DNA from: Gemmatimonadota bacterium
Lineage (GTDB): Bacteria; Gemmatimonadota; Gemmatimonadetes; Gemmatimonadales; GWC2-71-9
Length of the DNA stretch: 56,544 nt
Reading direction: 5' to 3'
NCBI GenBank assembly: GCA_016794805.1
Contig: JAEUJI010000039.1
Location: 1-56,544 of the forward strand
Shown here: one piece after another, positions 8,806 through 19,300 of the stretch
Position numbering within the stretch: position 1 is the stretch's first letter
How the letters are laid out: every line of letters begins with the position of its first letter
The notes under the pieces: model-generated
Database searches by the model: none
Told to the model about the DNA's origin: nothing
Seen by the model: the letters and a program-made list of their open reading frames with translations, nothing else
Made by a program: the position numbers and the translations under genes

Positions 8806-8818
8806 GGCAATTATTGCC
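8806..8818. promoter_or_regulatory. Perfect 13-bp palindrome GGCAAT-T-ATTGCC in divergent intergenic region
   Basis: AT-rich perfect inverted repeat in the 275-bp spacer between the sigma-54 regulator gene (minus) and the RidA gene (plus). Its function is unknown. Confidence 0.25.
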
Positions 8819-8948
8819 ACGTTGCAGAGCGGTGTGCCGGGTAAGTTCCTGGTCACAGCCGCGGGCCCGATGCGCGGTCCCCGAAACCGCAGCTGGCCCT
8901 GCACCGTACCCCCAACTCACTAGCCACAAACGACTTGGACCAGCCCCC

Positions 8949-9335
8949 ATGACCCGAATCAACATCTCAAGCGGCGCCCCCTGGGAGCCCATCGTCGGCT
9001 ATTCGCGCGCCGTACGCGTGGGCAACATCATCCATGTGGCCGGCACGACCGCGATCGGCCCGGAGGGAACCCTGGTTGGCCACGGGGACGCCTATGCCCA
9101 GGCGGTCCAGGCCCTCCGGAACATCGAGACGGCCCTCCGGAAGGCGGGGGCGGGACTCGAGCACGTGGTGCGGACCCGGACCTTCGTGACCGACATCGGC
9201 CGGTGGGAGGAGGTGGGCCGGGCGCATGGCGAGTTCTTCCGCGACATCCGCCCGGCGGCCACCATGGTCGAGGTCACCCGCCTCATTGACCCCGACATGC
9301 TGGTCGAGATCGAAGCCGACGCGGTGCTGCCGTGA
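8949..9335 (+). CDS. RidA/YjgF/UK114 family reactive-intermediate deaminase
   Basis: Internal ATG gives 128 aa: [35 protein letters not shown].. with C-terminal ..[13 protein letters not shown]. Both the length and the pattern are typical of the YjgF family. Confidence 0.85.
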   Translation: MTRINISSGAPWEPIVGYSRAVRVGNIIHVAGTTAIGPEGTLVGHGDAYAQAVQALRNIETALRKAGAGLEHVVRTRTFVTDIGRWEEVGRAHGEFFRDIRPAATMVEVTRLIDPDMLVEIEADAVLP

Positions 9336-10126
9336 GTCAGGCGATCATCGTGGTTGATGCGTTCACGGACCGGCCCTTCACCGGCAACCCCGCCGCCGTC
9401 TGCATCCTCCCCGGGCCCGCCCCGGAGGAGTGGATGCGGCAGGTCGCACGGGAGATGAACCTCGCCGAGACCGCGTTCCTGCATCGAGAAGGCGAGGGGT
9501 ATGCCATCCGCTGGTTCACCCCCACGGTGGAAGTGGATCTCTGCGGCCACGCGACGCTCGCGAGCGCGCATGTGCTGTGGCAGGAAGGGTACCTGGCGCT
9601 CGCCGAGACGGCCCGGTTCAGCTGCAGGAGCGGGGCGCTCACTGCCCGGCGGGTGCCGGCGGGTATCGAGCTCGACTTCCCCCGGGCCGCGGCAGAGCCA
9701 GTGGCCGCGCCACCGAGCCTGCTGCCGGGACTGGGAGTGCCCGCGCTTCGCTGGGTGGGGCGGAACCAGTTCGACTACCTGGTGGAGGTGGAGAATGAGG
9801 CGCAGGTCCGCGGCCTCACCCCGAACTTCCACCAGCTCAAGGAACTGGGTGGGCGAGGCGTGATCGTCACCAGCCTCGCGGAGCGGGGCCGCCCCTATGA
9901 TTTCGTCTCCCGGTTCTTCGCTCCGGGCGCGGGGATTGACGAGGATCCGGTCACCGGCTCGGCCCATTGCGCACTCGCGCCCTATTGGGGCCCGCGGCTC
10001 CAGCGGGAGCAGATGACCGGCTTCCAGGCCTCTGCCCGCGGGGGGACGGTGCACGTCACCCTGCGAGGAGACCGGGTGCTGCTCGGCGGACAGGCGGTCA
10101 CTGTGCTGCGGGCGGTGCTGCTCTAG
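9332..10126 (+). CDS. PhzF family isomerase-like protein
   Basis: 264 aa. The N-terminus [18 protein letters not shown] and the later DLCGHATLA/..[13 protein letters not shown] blocks are PhzF-family hallmarks. It forms a GTGA overlap with the RidA gene. Confidence 0.85.
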   Translation: MSQAIIVVDAFTDRPFTGNPAAVCILPGPAPEEWMRQVAREMNLAETAFLHREGEGYAIRWFTPTVEVDLCGHATLASAHVLWQEGYLALAETARFSCRSGALTARRVPAGIELDFPRAAAEPVAAPPSLLPGLGVPALRWVGRNQFDYLVEVENEAQVRGLTPNFHQLKELGGRGVIVTSLAERGRPYDFVSRFFAPGAGIDEDPVTGSAHCALAPYWGPRLQREQMTGFQASARGGTVHVTLRGDRVLLGGQAVTVLRAVLL

Positions 10127-10139
10127 ACGTCGGTGGGTC

Positions 10140-12563
10140 TCAGGGTTGGCCCATTACCCTGACCGGGTACGGAACCCCGCCTTCGGGCGCTGTGGCGCTG
10201 CCCAGCGCGAAGGAATAGTTCGAGCCCCAGCAGTACGCGACTCCCGCCGTGGTAAGGCCACAGGCGTGCTCGTACCCCGCCGTCACCTGGCCGAAGAGAT
10301 GCCCCCCGATCACCGCCTGAGGGGTGGTGAACCTGGTACCGCTGCGGGACACCTGCCCGTTGCCAAGCTGGCCGATGTTGTTCTCCCCCCAGCAATACGC
10401 GGCGCCCCCGGGGACCAGCCCGCAGATCATGCGGCCGCCGGCCCGGACGGCGCTGAAGCTGAGGCCACCCGGGACCGGCATGGGGGTCGGGCTTGGTGGG
10501 ATGCTGATGGCACCGGGCCAGCAGTACACCACCCCCGCCGCCGTGATCCCGCACGACTGATACCCCAGCGTCAGCTCGGCGAACGCCAGTCCCCCCGTGA
10601 CCGGCAGGGGGACCGGGCTGTCGGTGTGCACCCCGTCGCCGAGCTGACCCAGGTACTGCGAGCCCCAGCAGGAGATGACCCCGGCAGGCGTCCGGGCGCA
10701 GGAGTGTTCGTCACCGACGTCAATCTCGACGTAGGGACCGCCTCCGACGGCAGTCGGGACATCCCGTTGGGTGGTACTGCCGTCGCCGAGCTGGCCGAGG
10801 TGGTTGGCGCCCCAGCAATAGGCGGCACCGCCAGTCGTCAGGCCACAGGCATGCCCGCTGCCGATCTGGATCGTGGCAAAGGGGAGCCCCCCGGCGACGG
10901 GAACCGGGACGGTCGAGGAGCCGCTCACGCCGTCGCCCAGCGACCCAGAGCCCCAGCAGTAGCCCACCCCCGTCGTGGTGACGCCGCACGCGACACTCCG
11001 GTAGATCGAGAGCGATGCGAAGGTGAGCCCGCCGGTAATGGGGACCGGGCTGTTCCGCTGGCTGGTGGAGCTGTCGCCCAGGACGCCGCCACTGTTGCTG
11101 CCCCAGCAGTACCCGGCGCCGGAAACGGTGACGCCGCAGCTGGCGAAGAAGCCGGCGGCCAACGAACCGAAGGTGAGACCGCCGGCGACCGCCACCGGCG
11201 TCGTGCTGGCGGCGCCGGTGCCATCGCCGAGCGCGCCGCCATAGGGCGCGCCCCAGCACCACGCGGCCCCACTGGCGGTGAGCCCGCAGGCGTGGTAGCC
11301 GCCGACGGTGATTGCGGTGAAGACATGACCCCCCGCCACGGCGGTTGGGGGATAGGTGACATTCTGCTGTCCGATGCTGCCGTCGCCGAGCTGACCCTCC
11401 GTGTTGCCCCCCCAGCAGTACGCCGCCCCTTGGGCAGTGAGCCCGCACGCGTGCTCCTCGCCCTCGCCGATGTCGATGAACGTGTGGCCGGTGGCGTCGG
11501 GCGCCGGCACCCGCGACACCTTGAAGGCGTGATAGAACCGCTTGTACCCCCAGCACTCCACCGATCCGCCGGCGGTAAGCGCGCAGGTTTCCCCGGCCGC
11601 TGCCGCAAGCCGGGAATACGTGGCGGCGCCGGCAACCGGTCCCGGCACGGCGCGGTAATAGACGGTGTCGTAGCCCAGCTGCAGGCCGCTGTTGTTGCCC
11701 CAGCACCAGGCAGCGCCCGCGGCAGTGCGGCCGCAGGTCTGAGTCTCCGCAGTGGCCACGGCCGCGAATGACAGAGCGCTGGTCACCGCCACCGGGCCGA
11801 GCCGCTGGACCCGGGAGCCATCGCCCAGCTGGCCGAAGTCGTTGGAGCCCCAGCAGGAGACCTGTCCCGTTCCTTCGAGGGCGCAGGCATGGCTTCCCGA
11901 CTGGGCCAGCGACACCACCCCGGCGAGCCCGGGGACGGCGGTAGGTATCAACCGGTCGGTCGTAGTGCCGTCGCCGACCTGGCCAGCGAAGTTGTTGCCC
12001 CAGCACATCACCCCGCCGAGCGTCGTCAGGCCACACGCCGTGCCCCATCCGGTCACCAGGTCGGTGAAGCGCACGGCGCTCGCGACCGGAGCGGGGACCC
12101 GGACACCGGACTGGCTACCGTTGCGGCCACTCCCGAGTTGCCCCCACTCGTTGAGCCCCCAGCACCAGATGTCGCCAAGGTCGGTGAGGCCGCAGGAGTA
12201 GCCTGACCCGGCCTGAATCCGGGTGAACCGGAGCGCGCGCACCGTCAGGTTCAAGCTGGCGGTGGCGGTGCCGATCGTGGCGTGGAGGGTTACGGATCCG
12301 CCCGCCATGCCGGTTACCACCCCGCCAGCGGAGACGGCGGCGATCGAGGGATCAGCAGAGGCCCAGGTGATCTCGCGGCCGCGCAGGGTATCGCCGGTGG
12401 AGGAGAGGCCGACGGCCCGGAGGGATAGGGTGTCGGAGAGAAGCAGGGTATCCCGCGGGGCGGTGAGCACCACCGCCTCCACCGGCGTGAGGTCAGGCGG
12501 ATCGAGCGGGTCCTCGCCGCAGGCGGCGAGCAGCGCGATGGCCACGCACAGGGGGCGCCTCAT
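10140..12563 (-). CDS. Lipoprotein with N-terminal Big_2 Ig-like domain and 14 RCC1-like repeats (double 7-blade propeller)
   Basis: Lipobox MRRPLCVAIALLAAC and a Big_2-like segment (LSLRAVGLSSTGDTL..ITWASADPSIAAVS). There are 14 repeats of the C-W-G-x-N-x-x-GQLGDG type, for example VSCWGSNDFGQLGDG. Confidence 0.85.
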   Translation of the reverse strand: MRRPLCVAIALLAACGEDPLDPPDLTPVEAVVLTAPRDTLLLSDTLSLRAVGLSSTGDTLRGREITWASADPSIAAVSAGGVVTGMAGGSVTLHATIGTATASLNLTVRALRFTRIQAGSGYSCGLTDLGDIWCWGLNEWGQLGSGRNGSQSGVRVPAPVASAVRFTDLVTGWGTACGLTTLGGVMCWGNNFAGQVGDGTTTDRLIPTAVPGLAGVVSLAQSGSHACALEGTGQVSCWGSNDFGQLGDGSRVQRLGPVAVTSALSFAAVATAETQTCGRTAAGAAWCWGNNSGLQLGYDTVYYRAVPGPVAGAATYSRLAAAAGETCALTAGGSVECWGYKRFYHAFKVSRVPAPDATGHTFIDIGEGEEHACGLTAQGAAYCWGGNTEGQLGDGSIGQQNVTYPPTAVAGGHVFTAITVGGYHACGLTASGAAWCWGAPYGGALGDGTGAASTTPVAVAGGLTFGSLAAGFFASCGVTVSGAGYCWGSNSGGVLGDSSTSQRNSPVPITGGLTFASLSIYRSVACGVTTTGVGYCWGSGSLGDGVSGSSTVPVPVAGGLPFATIQIGSGHACGLTTGGAAYCWGANHLGQLGDGSTTQRDVPTAVGGGPYVEIDVGDEHSCARTPAGVISCWGSQYLGQLGDGVHTDSPVPLPVTGGLAFAELTLGYQSCGITAAGVVYCWPGAISIPPSPTPMPVPGGLSFSAVRAGGRMICGLVPGGAAYCWGENNIGQLGNGQVSRSGTRFTTPQAVIGGHLFGQVTAGYEHACGLTTAGVAYCWGSNYSFALGSATAPEGGVPYPVRVMGQP

Positions 12564-13912
12564 CGGGCGTGCACCAGGACGGGGGAGAGGCGAGTAGTGA
12601 TCGAACCATCGCCCACCTGGCCCATGTCGTTGAAGCCCCAGCAGTGGAGCCGGCCAGTGGTGGCGATACCGCAGGTGTGGCCCCCCCCCGCCACGAGCCG
12701 GGTGAACCGAAGCGTCCCGCCGCCTGGCACGGGCTGCAGCCGGTCCTGCGTGGTGCCATCACCCAGGCTGCCGGAGAAGTTCATCCCCCAGCACCAGGCC
12801 TGCCCGTCGGTGGCCAGACCACAGGTGTGGGCCCCGCCAGCCGTTACCTGTTGCAGCGCCGGGAGTCCGGGTACCGCCACGGGGATGGAGCGGTCCTGCC
12901 GGGTGCCATCGCCAAGCTGGCCGCCATCGTTGCGGCCCCAGCACCAGGCCCCGCCGAGCGAATCGACGGCACAGGACTGGTCATCACCCAGCTCGAGCTG
13001 GGCAAAGTGGTGCCCACCCGCCACGGCGACGGGGGCGCCCTGGTAGCCGCCCCCGCCATCCCCGAGCTGGCCATTGAAGTTGCCGCCGAAGCAGAAGGCC
13101 CCGCCATCGGGCGCCAGGGTGCAGGCGTGGCTGTTGCCCATGGATACCGCGGTGAACGGGCCCGCTGAGACCTGGATTGGCAGCCGGGTATTGGTAAGCG
13201 ACCCCCAGCAGATCCAGGCGCCGCCCCGGAGCGCGCAGCTCGACCAGTAGCCGGCCGCAATGGCATTGTAGCCACCGGCCCCCTTTACGGGCACCGGCAG
13301 CAGCCGGGGCTGGGTGGTGCTGTCCCCAACCTCACCGTAGTAGTTGCTGCCCCAGCAGGAGATGACCCCGCCTCCCGCCAGCGTGCATCCGTGCTGTACC
13401 CCGAGTTCCAGGCCGGTTATCGGACCCACCTGCTGCCGGGTGGGGAGGAGGAAGGTGCCGTGGATCACCCCCAGCCCGAGGGCCCCACTGAAGTTGTAGC
13501 CCCAGCACCAGGAGGCCCCCGCGGAATCCGTCGCGCAGGTCTGCGCCGGGCCCAGGGAAAGGGCCACGGGATGGAATGGCGCTACCCCCTCCACCGTGAC
13601 GCTCCCTGCCGCCGCCTCACTCACGGCGGAGATTTCCGCTCTCCCTGGACCGACGACCGCTACGAGGCCCTTGGCCGAAACCCGGGCCACGCCGGGATCA
13701 CTGGAGGCCCAGGCAACGATCCGGTGGCGCAGGGTGTCGCCTTGCGCATCGAGAATCCGCACTTCCAGTTGAAGTGAATCCCCCACGGCCAGCGTGCCCG
13801 GGAGAGGCCCCACCAGCAGCTGCGCAGCGGGGTCGAGCGGCTCCTGGCTGTCGCGGCAGGACAGCGTTGTCAGGACCGTGAGGAACAGGGCGGGCACCGC
13901 CCATCGCGCCAT
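12560..13912 (-). CDS. Lipoprotein with Big_2 domain and 7 RCC1-like repeats
   Basis: Start taken at the internal ATG (MARWAVPALFLTVLTTLSC lipobox). It has a Big_2-like segment (VAWASSDPGVARVS) and 7 CWG..GQLGDG repeats. Its stop overlaps the start of the downstream RCC1 gene (ATGA). Confidence 0.85.
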   Translation of the reverse strand: MARWAVPALFLTVLTTLSCRDSQEPLDPAAQLLVGPLPGTLAVGDSLQLEVRILDAQGDTLRHRIVAWASSDPGVARVSAKGLVAVVGPGRAEISAVSEAAAGSVTVEGVAPFHPVALSLGPAQTCATDSAGASWCWGYNFSGALGLGVIHGTFLLPTRQQVGPITGLELGVQHGCTLAGGGVISCWGSNYYGEVGDSTTQPRLLPVPVKGAGGYNAIAAGYWSSCALRGGAWICWGSLTNTRLPIQVSAGPFTAVSMGNSHACTLAPDGGAFCFGGNFNGQLGDGGGGYQGAPVAVAGGHHFAQLELGDDQSCAVDSLGGAWCWGRNDGGQLGDGTRQDRSIPVAVPGLPALQQVTAGGAHTCGLATDGQAWCWGMNFSGSLGDGTTQDRLQPVPGGGTLRFTRLVAGGGHTCGIATTGRLHCWGFNDMGQVGDGSITTRLSPVLVHAR

Positions 13913-14070
13913 GGGTGCCTCGGTTCGGAGTCGGTCTGGTACGGAAGGGGCGCCCGCCGGCCAGGGGGCGCTTCCCCGAGGGACGAATAAGCCGACAGCT
14001 GCCACACAGCGATAGCGACGCCGGACGACACCCAGGCATCTGATCCGCTAACCAACCACCCTGGAACGAC

Positions 14071-15381
14071 ATGCGAGTCCAGTCCCTGGCGCTGCTCCTC
14101 CTCGCCACCCCCCTCTCGGCGCAGCATCCCGTTGGCCGGATGCTGGCCGAGTACGACCGGATGGCCGCCCGCGAATGGTGGCCCGGGTTCACCCCGCAGA
14201 GCATCCCGCTCGCGATCTACGACGGCCAGCGGACCTGGCTGGTGCGGCACCCCGCACCGCCGGCTGAGTTCCGACCTTCGAGCGAGATCCCGGGCGCGAC
14301 GGTGGCACCTGGTCAGCACGCCGCGGTGCGCGGGAACAGCCGGGCAAGCATCGGCGGTGCCGAAACCGCCACCCTGCTCTGGCCCGAGGGAACCCCGGAC
14401 CCCGTGCGTCTGGCCGGAACCCTGCTGCACGAGGCCTTTCATGTCCACCAGGGAAAGGCCCGGCCCGGCTGGTTCGGCAACGAGGCCGTGTTCTTCACCT
14501 ATCCGGTCACCGATGCCACCGCGCAGGGTCTGCAGCGGCTCGAGACCGAGGCGTTCCGGCGCGCGCTGACCCGGCCGACCATGTCGGTCTGCTGGGCCTC
14601 CAGGGCGCTCGCACTCCGGGACGAACGCGCCGCCCGGATCGGTCCGGACGCGATCGGCTACGAACGGGGCAACGACCTCAACGAGGGGCTCGCCACCTGG
14701 GTGCAGTGGCATGCCACCGGCGCGCCGCTCGATTCCCTGATCCCGGCCGCGGGCTTCCGGCCCGGTGACGTCCGGCTCCGCGCCTACGCCGTGGGGCCCG
14801 CCCAGGCGGCGCTGCTCGAGCGCCACCTGCCCGGCTGGCCCGATACCCTGCTGGCGGATAGCGCCCTGACGGTGGACCGGCTGCTGGCACGGGCGCTCGA
14901 AGCCCGCAGCTGCCGGGCCGACTTCACGCCGCGGGAGCGGGACTCGGTTGCGGTACTTGCCGGCCGGGAGGCCGCCATGATCACCGGGGAGCGGGCGGCG
15001 GCCCGGGAGGCGTTCCTCGCGCGGACCGGCTGGACGCTCACCATCACCCTCCCCCAGGCCCAGCCGCTCTGGCCCGAGCGCTTCGACCCGTGGAATCTCA
15101 CGCCGCTCGCCGCCGGCGAGGCGCTGCACCTCCGGCACCTCAAGCTGAGCGGGGACCGGGGCCGGATGGAGGTGCTCGACCGCGCGGCGCTGACCCGGCC
15201 GGCCGGGGCGCACCCGCTCTTCAACGGACTCCGGGAGGTGGTCGTCGCCGGGCTGCCGGACCGGCCCTCCATCGTGGCCCGGGGAGACACGCTCGTGGTG
15301 CAGGCGCCTGGCGTCAGCGGGTCCTTCACGGAGCTGGTGCTGGAGGAAGCGGGGACGGCGGTGACGCTTCGGCCACGGTGA
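14071..15381 (+). CDS. Secreted hypothetical protein, putative MA-clan (gluzincin-like) zinc peptidase
   Basis: Signal peptide MRVQSLALLLLATPLSAQ, an HExxH motif (LLHEAFHVHQ) and a downstream NDLNEGLATW block resembling the NEGxA third-ligand region of MA-clan peptidases. The family assignment is tentative. Confidence 0.65.
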   Translation: MRVQSLALLLLATPLSAQHPVGRMLAEYDRMAAREWWPGFTPQSIPLAIYDGQRTWLVRHPAPPAEFRPSSEIPGATVAPGQHAAVRGNSRASIGGAETATLLWPEGTPDPVRLAGTLLHEAFHVHQGKARPGWFGNEAVFFTYPVTDATAQGLQRLETEAFRRALTRPTMSVCWASRALALRDERAARIGPDAIGYERGNDLNEGLATWVQWHATGAPLDSLIPAAGFRPGDVRLRAYAVGPAQAALLERHLPGWPDTLLADSALTVDRLLARALEARSCRADFTPRERDSVAVLAGREAAMITGERAAAREAFLARTGWTLTITLPQAQPLWPERFDPWNLTPLAAGEALHLRHLKLSGDRGRMEVLDRAALTRPAGAHPLFNGLREVVVAGLPDRPSIVARGDTLVVQAPGVSGSFTELVLEEAGTAVTLRPR

Positions 15382-15434
15382 CGGCCGCCCGGGGCGTCTG
15401 GTCGTCCCCCCGGGCGCACGGTACCTTCCCCTGC

Positions 15435-16262
15435 ATGCGCGTCTACATCTCGGTGGACATGGAAGGGATCGCGGGAGTGGTCCACGAGGACCAGACCAAT
15501 CCCGTGGACCCCCGCTGCGCCGGCGAATACGCCAGGTTCCGCCGGCTCATGACCCTGGAGGCCAACGCCGCCATCGAGGGAGCGTTCGCCGGCGGGGCGC
15601 GGGAGGTGCTGGTCAATGACAGCCACTGGACCATGCGGAACCTGCTGGCCGAGGAGCTGGACCCGCGGGCGGAACTGCTCTCCGGCGGCCCCAAGACCTG
15701 GTCCATGATGGAAGGCATCGAGCGAGGGTGGGACTGCTGCGCCTGCATCGGCTACCACGCGCGGGCCGGCACCGCCAACGCCATCCTGGATCATACCTAC
15801 ACCAGCGCCATCCATGACGTCCGGCTCAACGGGGCCTCCATCGGTGAGCTGGGGCTCAACGCGGCGCTGGCCGGGTGCTTCGGCGTCCCGGTGGTGCTCG
15901 TTTCGGGGGACCAGGCCCTCGCCGCGGAGTGCCACGCACTGCTGGGCGACCAGGTCCGCACCGTGGTGGTGAAGGAGGCGGTGAGCCGCCACGCCGCCCG
16001 GAACGTGGCGCCGGAGGTGGCGCGGCTCCGCATTCGCGACGCCATGCGCGAGGCCGTCGCCCGTGCCAGCCCCTCGCGACCATTCGTCCCCGCCTCGCCC
16101 GTCACCCTGGAAGTGGACTGGAGCCTCACGGTCCAGGCGGACCACGCGGCGATGGCGCCAGGGTTCCTGCGCAGCGGACCGCGAACGGTGACCTTCCGGC
16201 ACGCGGAGTACCGCGAGGCCTTCCGCGCCTTCCGGACGATGTTCAATCTCGCGGCGGGATAG
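15435..16262 (+). CDS. Peptidase M55 family D-aminopeptidase (DppA-type)
   Basis: Internal ATG gives MRVYISVDMEGIAGVVHEDQ.., the canonical M55 N-terminus. The 275-aa length fits the family. Confidence 0.85.
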   Translation: MRVYISVDMEGIAGVVHEDQTNPVDPRCAGEYARFRRLMTLEANAAIEGAFAGGAREVLVNDSHWTMRNLLAEELDPRAELLSGGPKTWSMMEGIERGWDCCACIGYHARAGTANAILDHTYTSAIHDVRLNGASIGELGLNAALAGCFGVPVVLVSGDQALAAECHALLGDQVRTVVVKEAVSRHAARNVAPEVARLRIRDAMREAVARASPSRPFVPASPVTLEVDWSLTVQADHAAMAPGFLRSGPRTVTFRHAEYREAFRAFRTMFNLAAG

Positions 16263-16331
16263 CGGCCGGCCGCCGCCGGCACCCCGCTCCCTGCCGTACC
16301 CCACGATTCACACCACTCGCCTGGAGGCGGG

Positions 16332-19300
16332 ATGCTCGTCCTGACCGTGCTGACGGCCTGGTCCACGCTCACCGCGCTGCCGGACACCACGAAGAAGAAG
16401 ACCGACAGCCTGCCCCTCGCCACCACCCGCAGCGTCGAGTTCGAGACCAGCGAGGGCACCTGGCTCTCCCTCGACCTGTCGCCCGACGGGCGGACGATCG
16501 CCTTCGAGCTGCTGGGCGACATCTACACCCTGCCGGCGGCCGGGGGGCGCGCCACGGCCATCTCCCAGGGCCCGGCCTTCGACTCCCAGCCGCGCTGGTC
16601 GCCCGACGGCGCCAGGCTGGTCTTCCTGAGCGACCGGAGCGGGGGGGAAAACGTCTGGACCATGAAGCCGGACGGCTCCGACGCCACCCAGGTGAGCAAG
16701 GGGGACAACAACCTGTACGCCTCCCCGGAGTGGACCCCCGACGGCGACTACATCGTGGTCTCGAAGACCAACGCTCCCCTCGGCAGCAACTACCAGCTCT
16801 GGCTCTACCACCGCGACGGCGGACCGGGTGTCAGCCTCACCAAGGACGACAAGGGCCAGCGGGTGCTGGGCACCGGGCGCGGCACCACGATCAACAGCCT
16901 CGGCGCCGCCTTCGGGAAGGATGGCCGGTATCTCTGGTACGCCCGGAAGCGGGGGGGCTTCGGCTACAACATCGACATCACCCAGTGGCAGCTGGCCATC
17001 TTCGACCGGCAGACCGGGCAGATCTTTCCCCAGACCGACGTCTACGGCAGCGCCATGCGGCCGGCGCTGTCCCCCGACGGCCGCTGGCTGGTGTACGCCG
17101 TGCGTCACGACGCGGAGACCGGCCTCCGCCTGCGGAATCTCGAGAGCGGCGACGAGCGCTGGCTCAAGTATCCGGTGCAGCGGGACGACCAGGAGTCGCG
17201 GTTCACCCGCGACCTCATGCCGGGATCGGCATTCACCCCCGACAGCCGGGCGTTCGTCACTACCTGGGGCGGTCGCATCTGGCGGGTGGAGCTGGCGGGC
17301 GGCGCGGCCACGGAAATCCCCTTCACCGCCTCCGTCCGGCTCGACCTCGGGCCGCTGGTGCGGTTCGAGACCGCGGTGGACACCGGCGACATCCTGCTGC
17401 GCCAGATCCGGGACCCGGAGCTGTCCCCCGACGGCACCCGCCTGGTGTTCAGCGCCCTCGACCGGCTGTACCTCCTGCAGCTGCCGAACGGCAAGCCGCG
17501 CCGCCTGACCAGTGACACCGTCCTGGAGCAGCAGCCGCGCTGGTCCCCGGATGGCAAGCAGATCGCCTACGTGACCTGGGGAATCGGCGGTGGGGCCATC
17601 CAGGCCGTGAGCGCGGATGGAAGGGGCAAGCCCGCTCGCCTCACCCCCGGGCCCGCGTTCTACCAGTACCCGGCCTGGTCGCCCGATGGCAGCCGCATCG
17701 TGGCCCTCCGTGGTCCGCGCGAGGCGCGGATCTCCGAGAGCTTCGGGCCGGGCTACGAACTGGTGTGGCTGCCGGCGAAGGGCGGGGCGGTCGAGCGGGT
17801 GGCGCCGGTCAACCCGGGGGGGCGGCCGCACTTCTCCCGCAGCCCCGACCGGATCTACCTCTACGACCCCGGCGAGGGACTGCTGTCGATGCGGTTCGAC
17901 GGCACCGACCGCCGGGCCCACCTCAAGGTCACCGGCTTCACCGTCAATGCCCCCGCGGCGGAACCCAATGCCGCGGACGAAATCCTTATCGCGCCGGACT
18001 CCACCCGGGCGCTGGCGCTGGTCAACAACTACATCTACCTGGTGAACCTGCCGCTCACGGGGCAGCAGCCACTGGTCGTGAATGTGGCGGACCCCGCCGC
18101 CGCCGTCTTTCCCGCGAAGCGGCTGACCCGGACCGGCGGTGATTTCATCGGCTGGGCGGCGGACGGCAAGAGCGTCACCTGGTCCCTGGGGCGCAGCTTC
18201 TTCCGCTGGGAACTGGCGCGCGCTGACTCGCTGGCCCGCGCCAAGACCGCTGCCGACTCCGCGCGCGCCGATTCGCTGAAGCAGGCAGGCCCCAAGCCCG
18301 ACTCCACCTTCAAGGCCCGGGTGGACAGCCTGGCCAAGGCCCCGGCCTACGACGCGGCCCGGCTCGATGTCGCCGTCACGGTGCCTCGGGATGTTCCGCG
18401 CGGCACCCTGGCGCTGACCGGCGCCCGTGTCATCAGCATGAAGGGGGACGAGGTCCTCGAGCCGGGCACCATCGTCATCACCGACAATCGAATCACCTGC
18501 GTGGCAGCCGCCTGCACCATCCCCGCCGGCGCCAAGGTGATCGACCTGGCAGGGAAGACGGTAATTCCCGGCCTGGTGGACATCCACGCCCACCCCTGGC
18601 CGGCCTGGGGAGTGCACCAGCCCCAGGTCTGGAAGTACCTCGCGAACCTCGCCTGGGGGGTGACCACCACCCGCGATCCCCAGACCTCCACCACCGACGT
18701 GCTCACCTACGCGGACCGGGTGGAGGCGGGCGGGCTGCTGGGGCCCCGGATCTATCACACCGGCCCCGGGGTGTTCGGGCCCTTCATCGAGGAGCCGTTC
18801 GCCTCGCTGGACGAGGTGCGCAACGCCCTGCGCCGCTACAGTGACTTCTACCGCACGAATACGATCAAGCAGTACATGGCCGGCAACCGCAAGCAGCGGC
18901 AGTGGGTCATCATGGCGGCGAAGGAACAGGGGCTGATGCCGACGATCGAGGGCGGCCTCGACTTCAAGATGAACCTCACCGCTGCCATGGACGGCTACCC
19001 CGGCCACGAGCACAGCCTGCCGATCATGCCGCTTTACCGCGACGCCATCGAGCTCTACGCCCGCTCCGGCATTGTCTACACCCCCACCCTGCTGGTGTCC
19101 TACGGCGGGCCGTTCAGCGAGAACTGGTTCTACGAGCACCATGACATCCACGACATGCCCAAGGTGCGGCGCTTCATCCCGCATGCGGAGATCGATGCCC
19201 GCGCCGAGCGGAGGCCCTGGTTCCGCGACAACCAGTACGTCTTCGCCCGGATCGCGGACGGGGCGCGCCGGATCGTAGAGGCCGGCGGCAAGGTCGGGTT

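Noticed and set aside
8794-8807. An exact 14-nt repeat TCTATCCGATCCGG shared between 8794..8807 and 25587..25600.
   Set aside because: With ~3e9 position pairs (both strands) in a 56.5-kb window, roughly ten exact 14-mer matches are expected by chance. There is no flanking similarity and no common positional context.
10140-13912. The repetitive RCC1 genes considered as a diversity-generating or phase-variable locus.
   Set aside because: There is no reverse transcriptase, no template/variable repeat pair with adenine-specific differences, no invertase and no simple-sequence tracts. The repeats are diverged protein-level blades.
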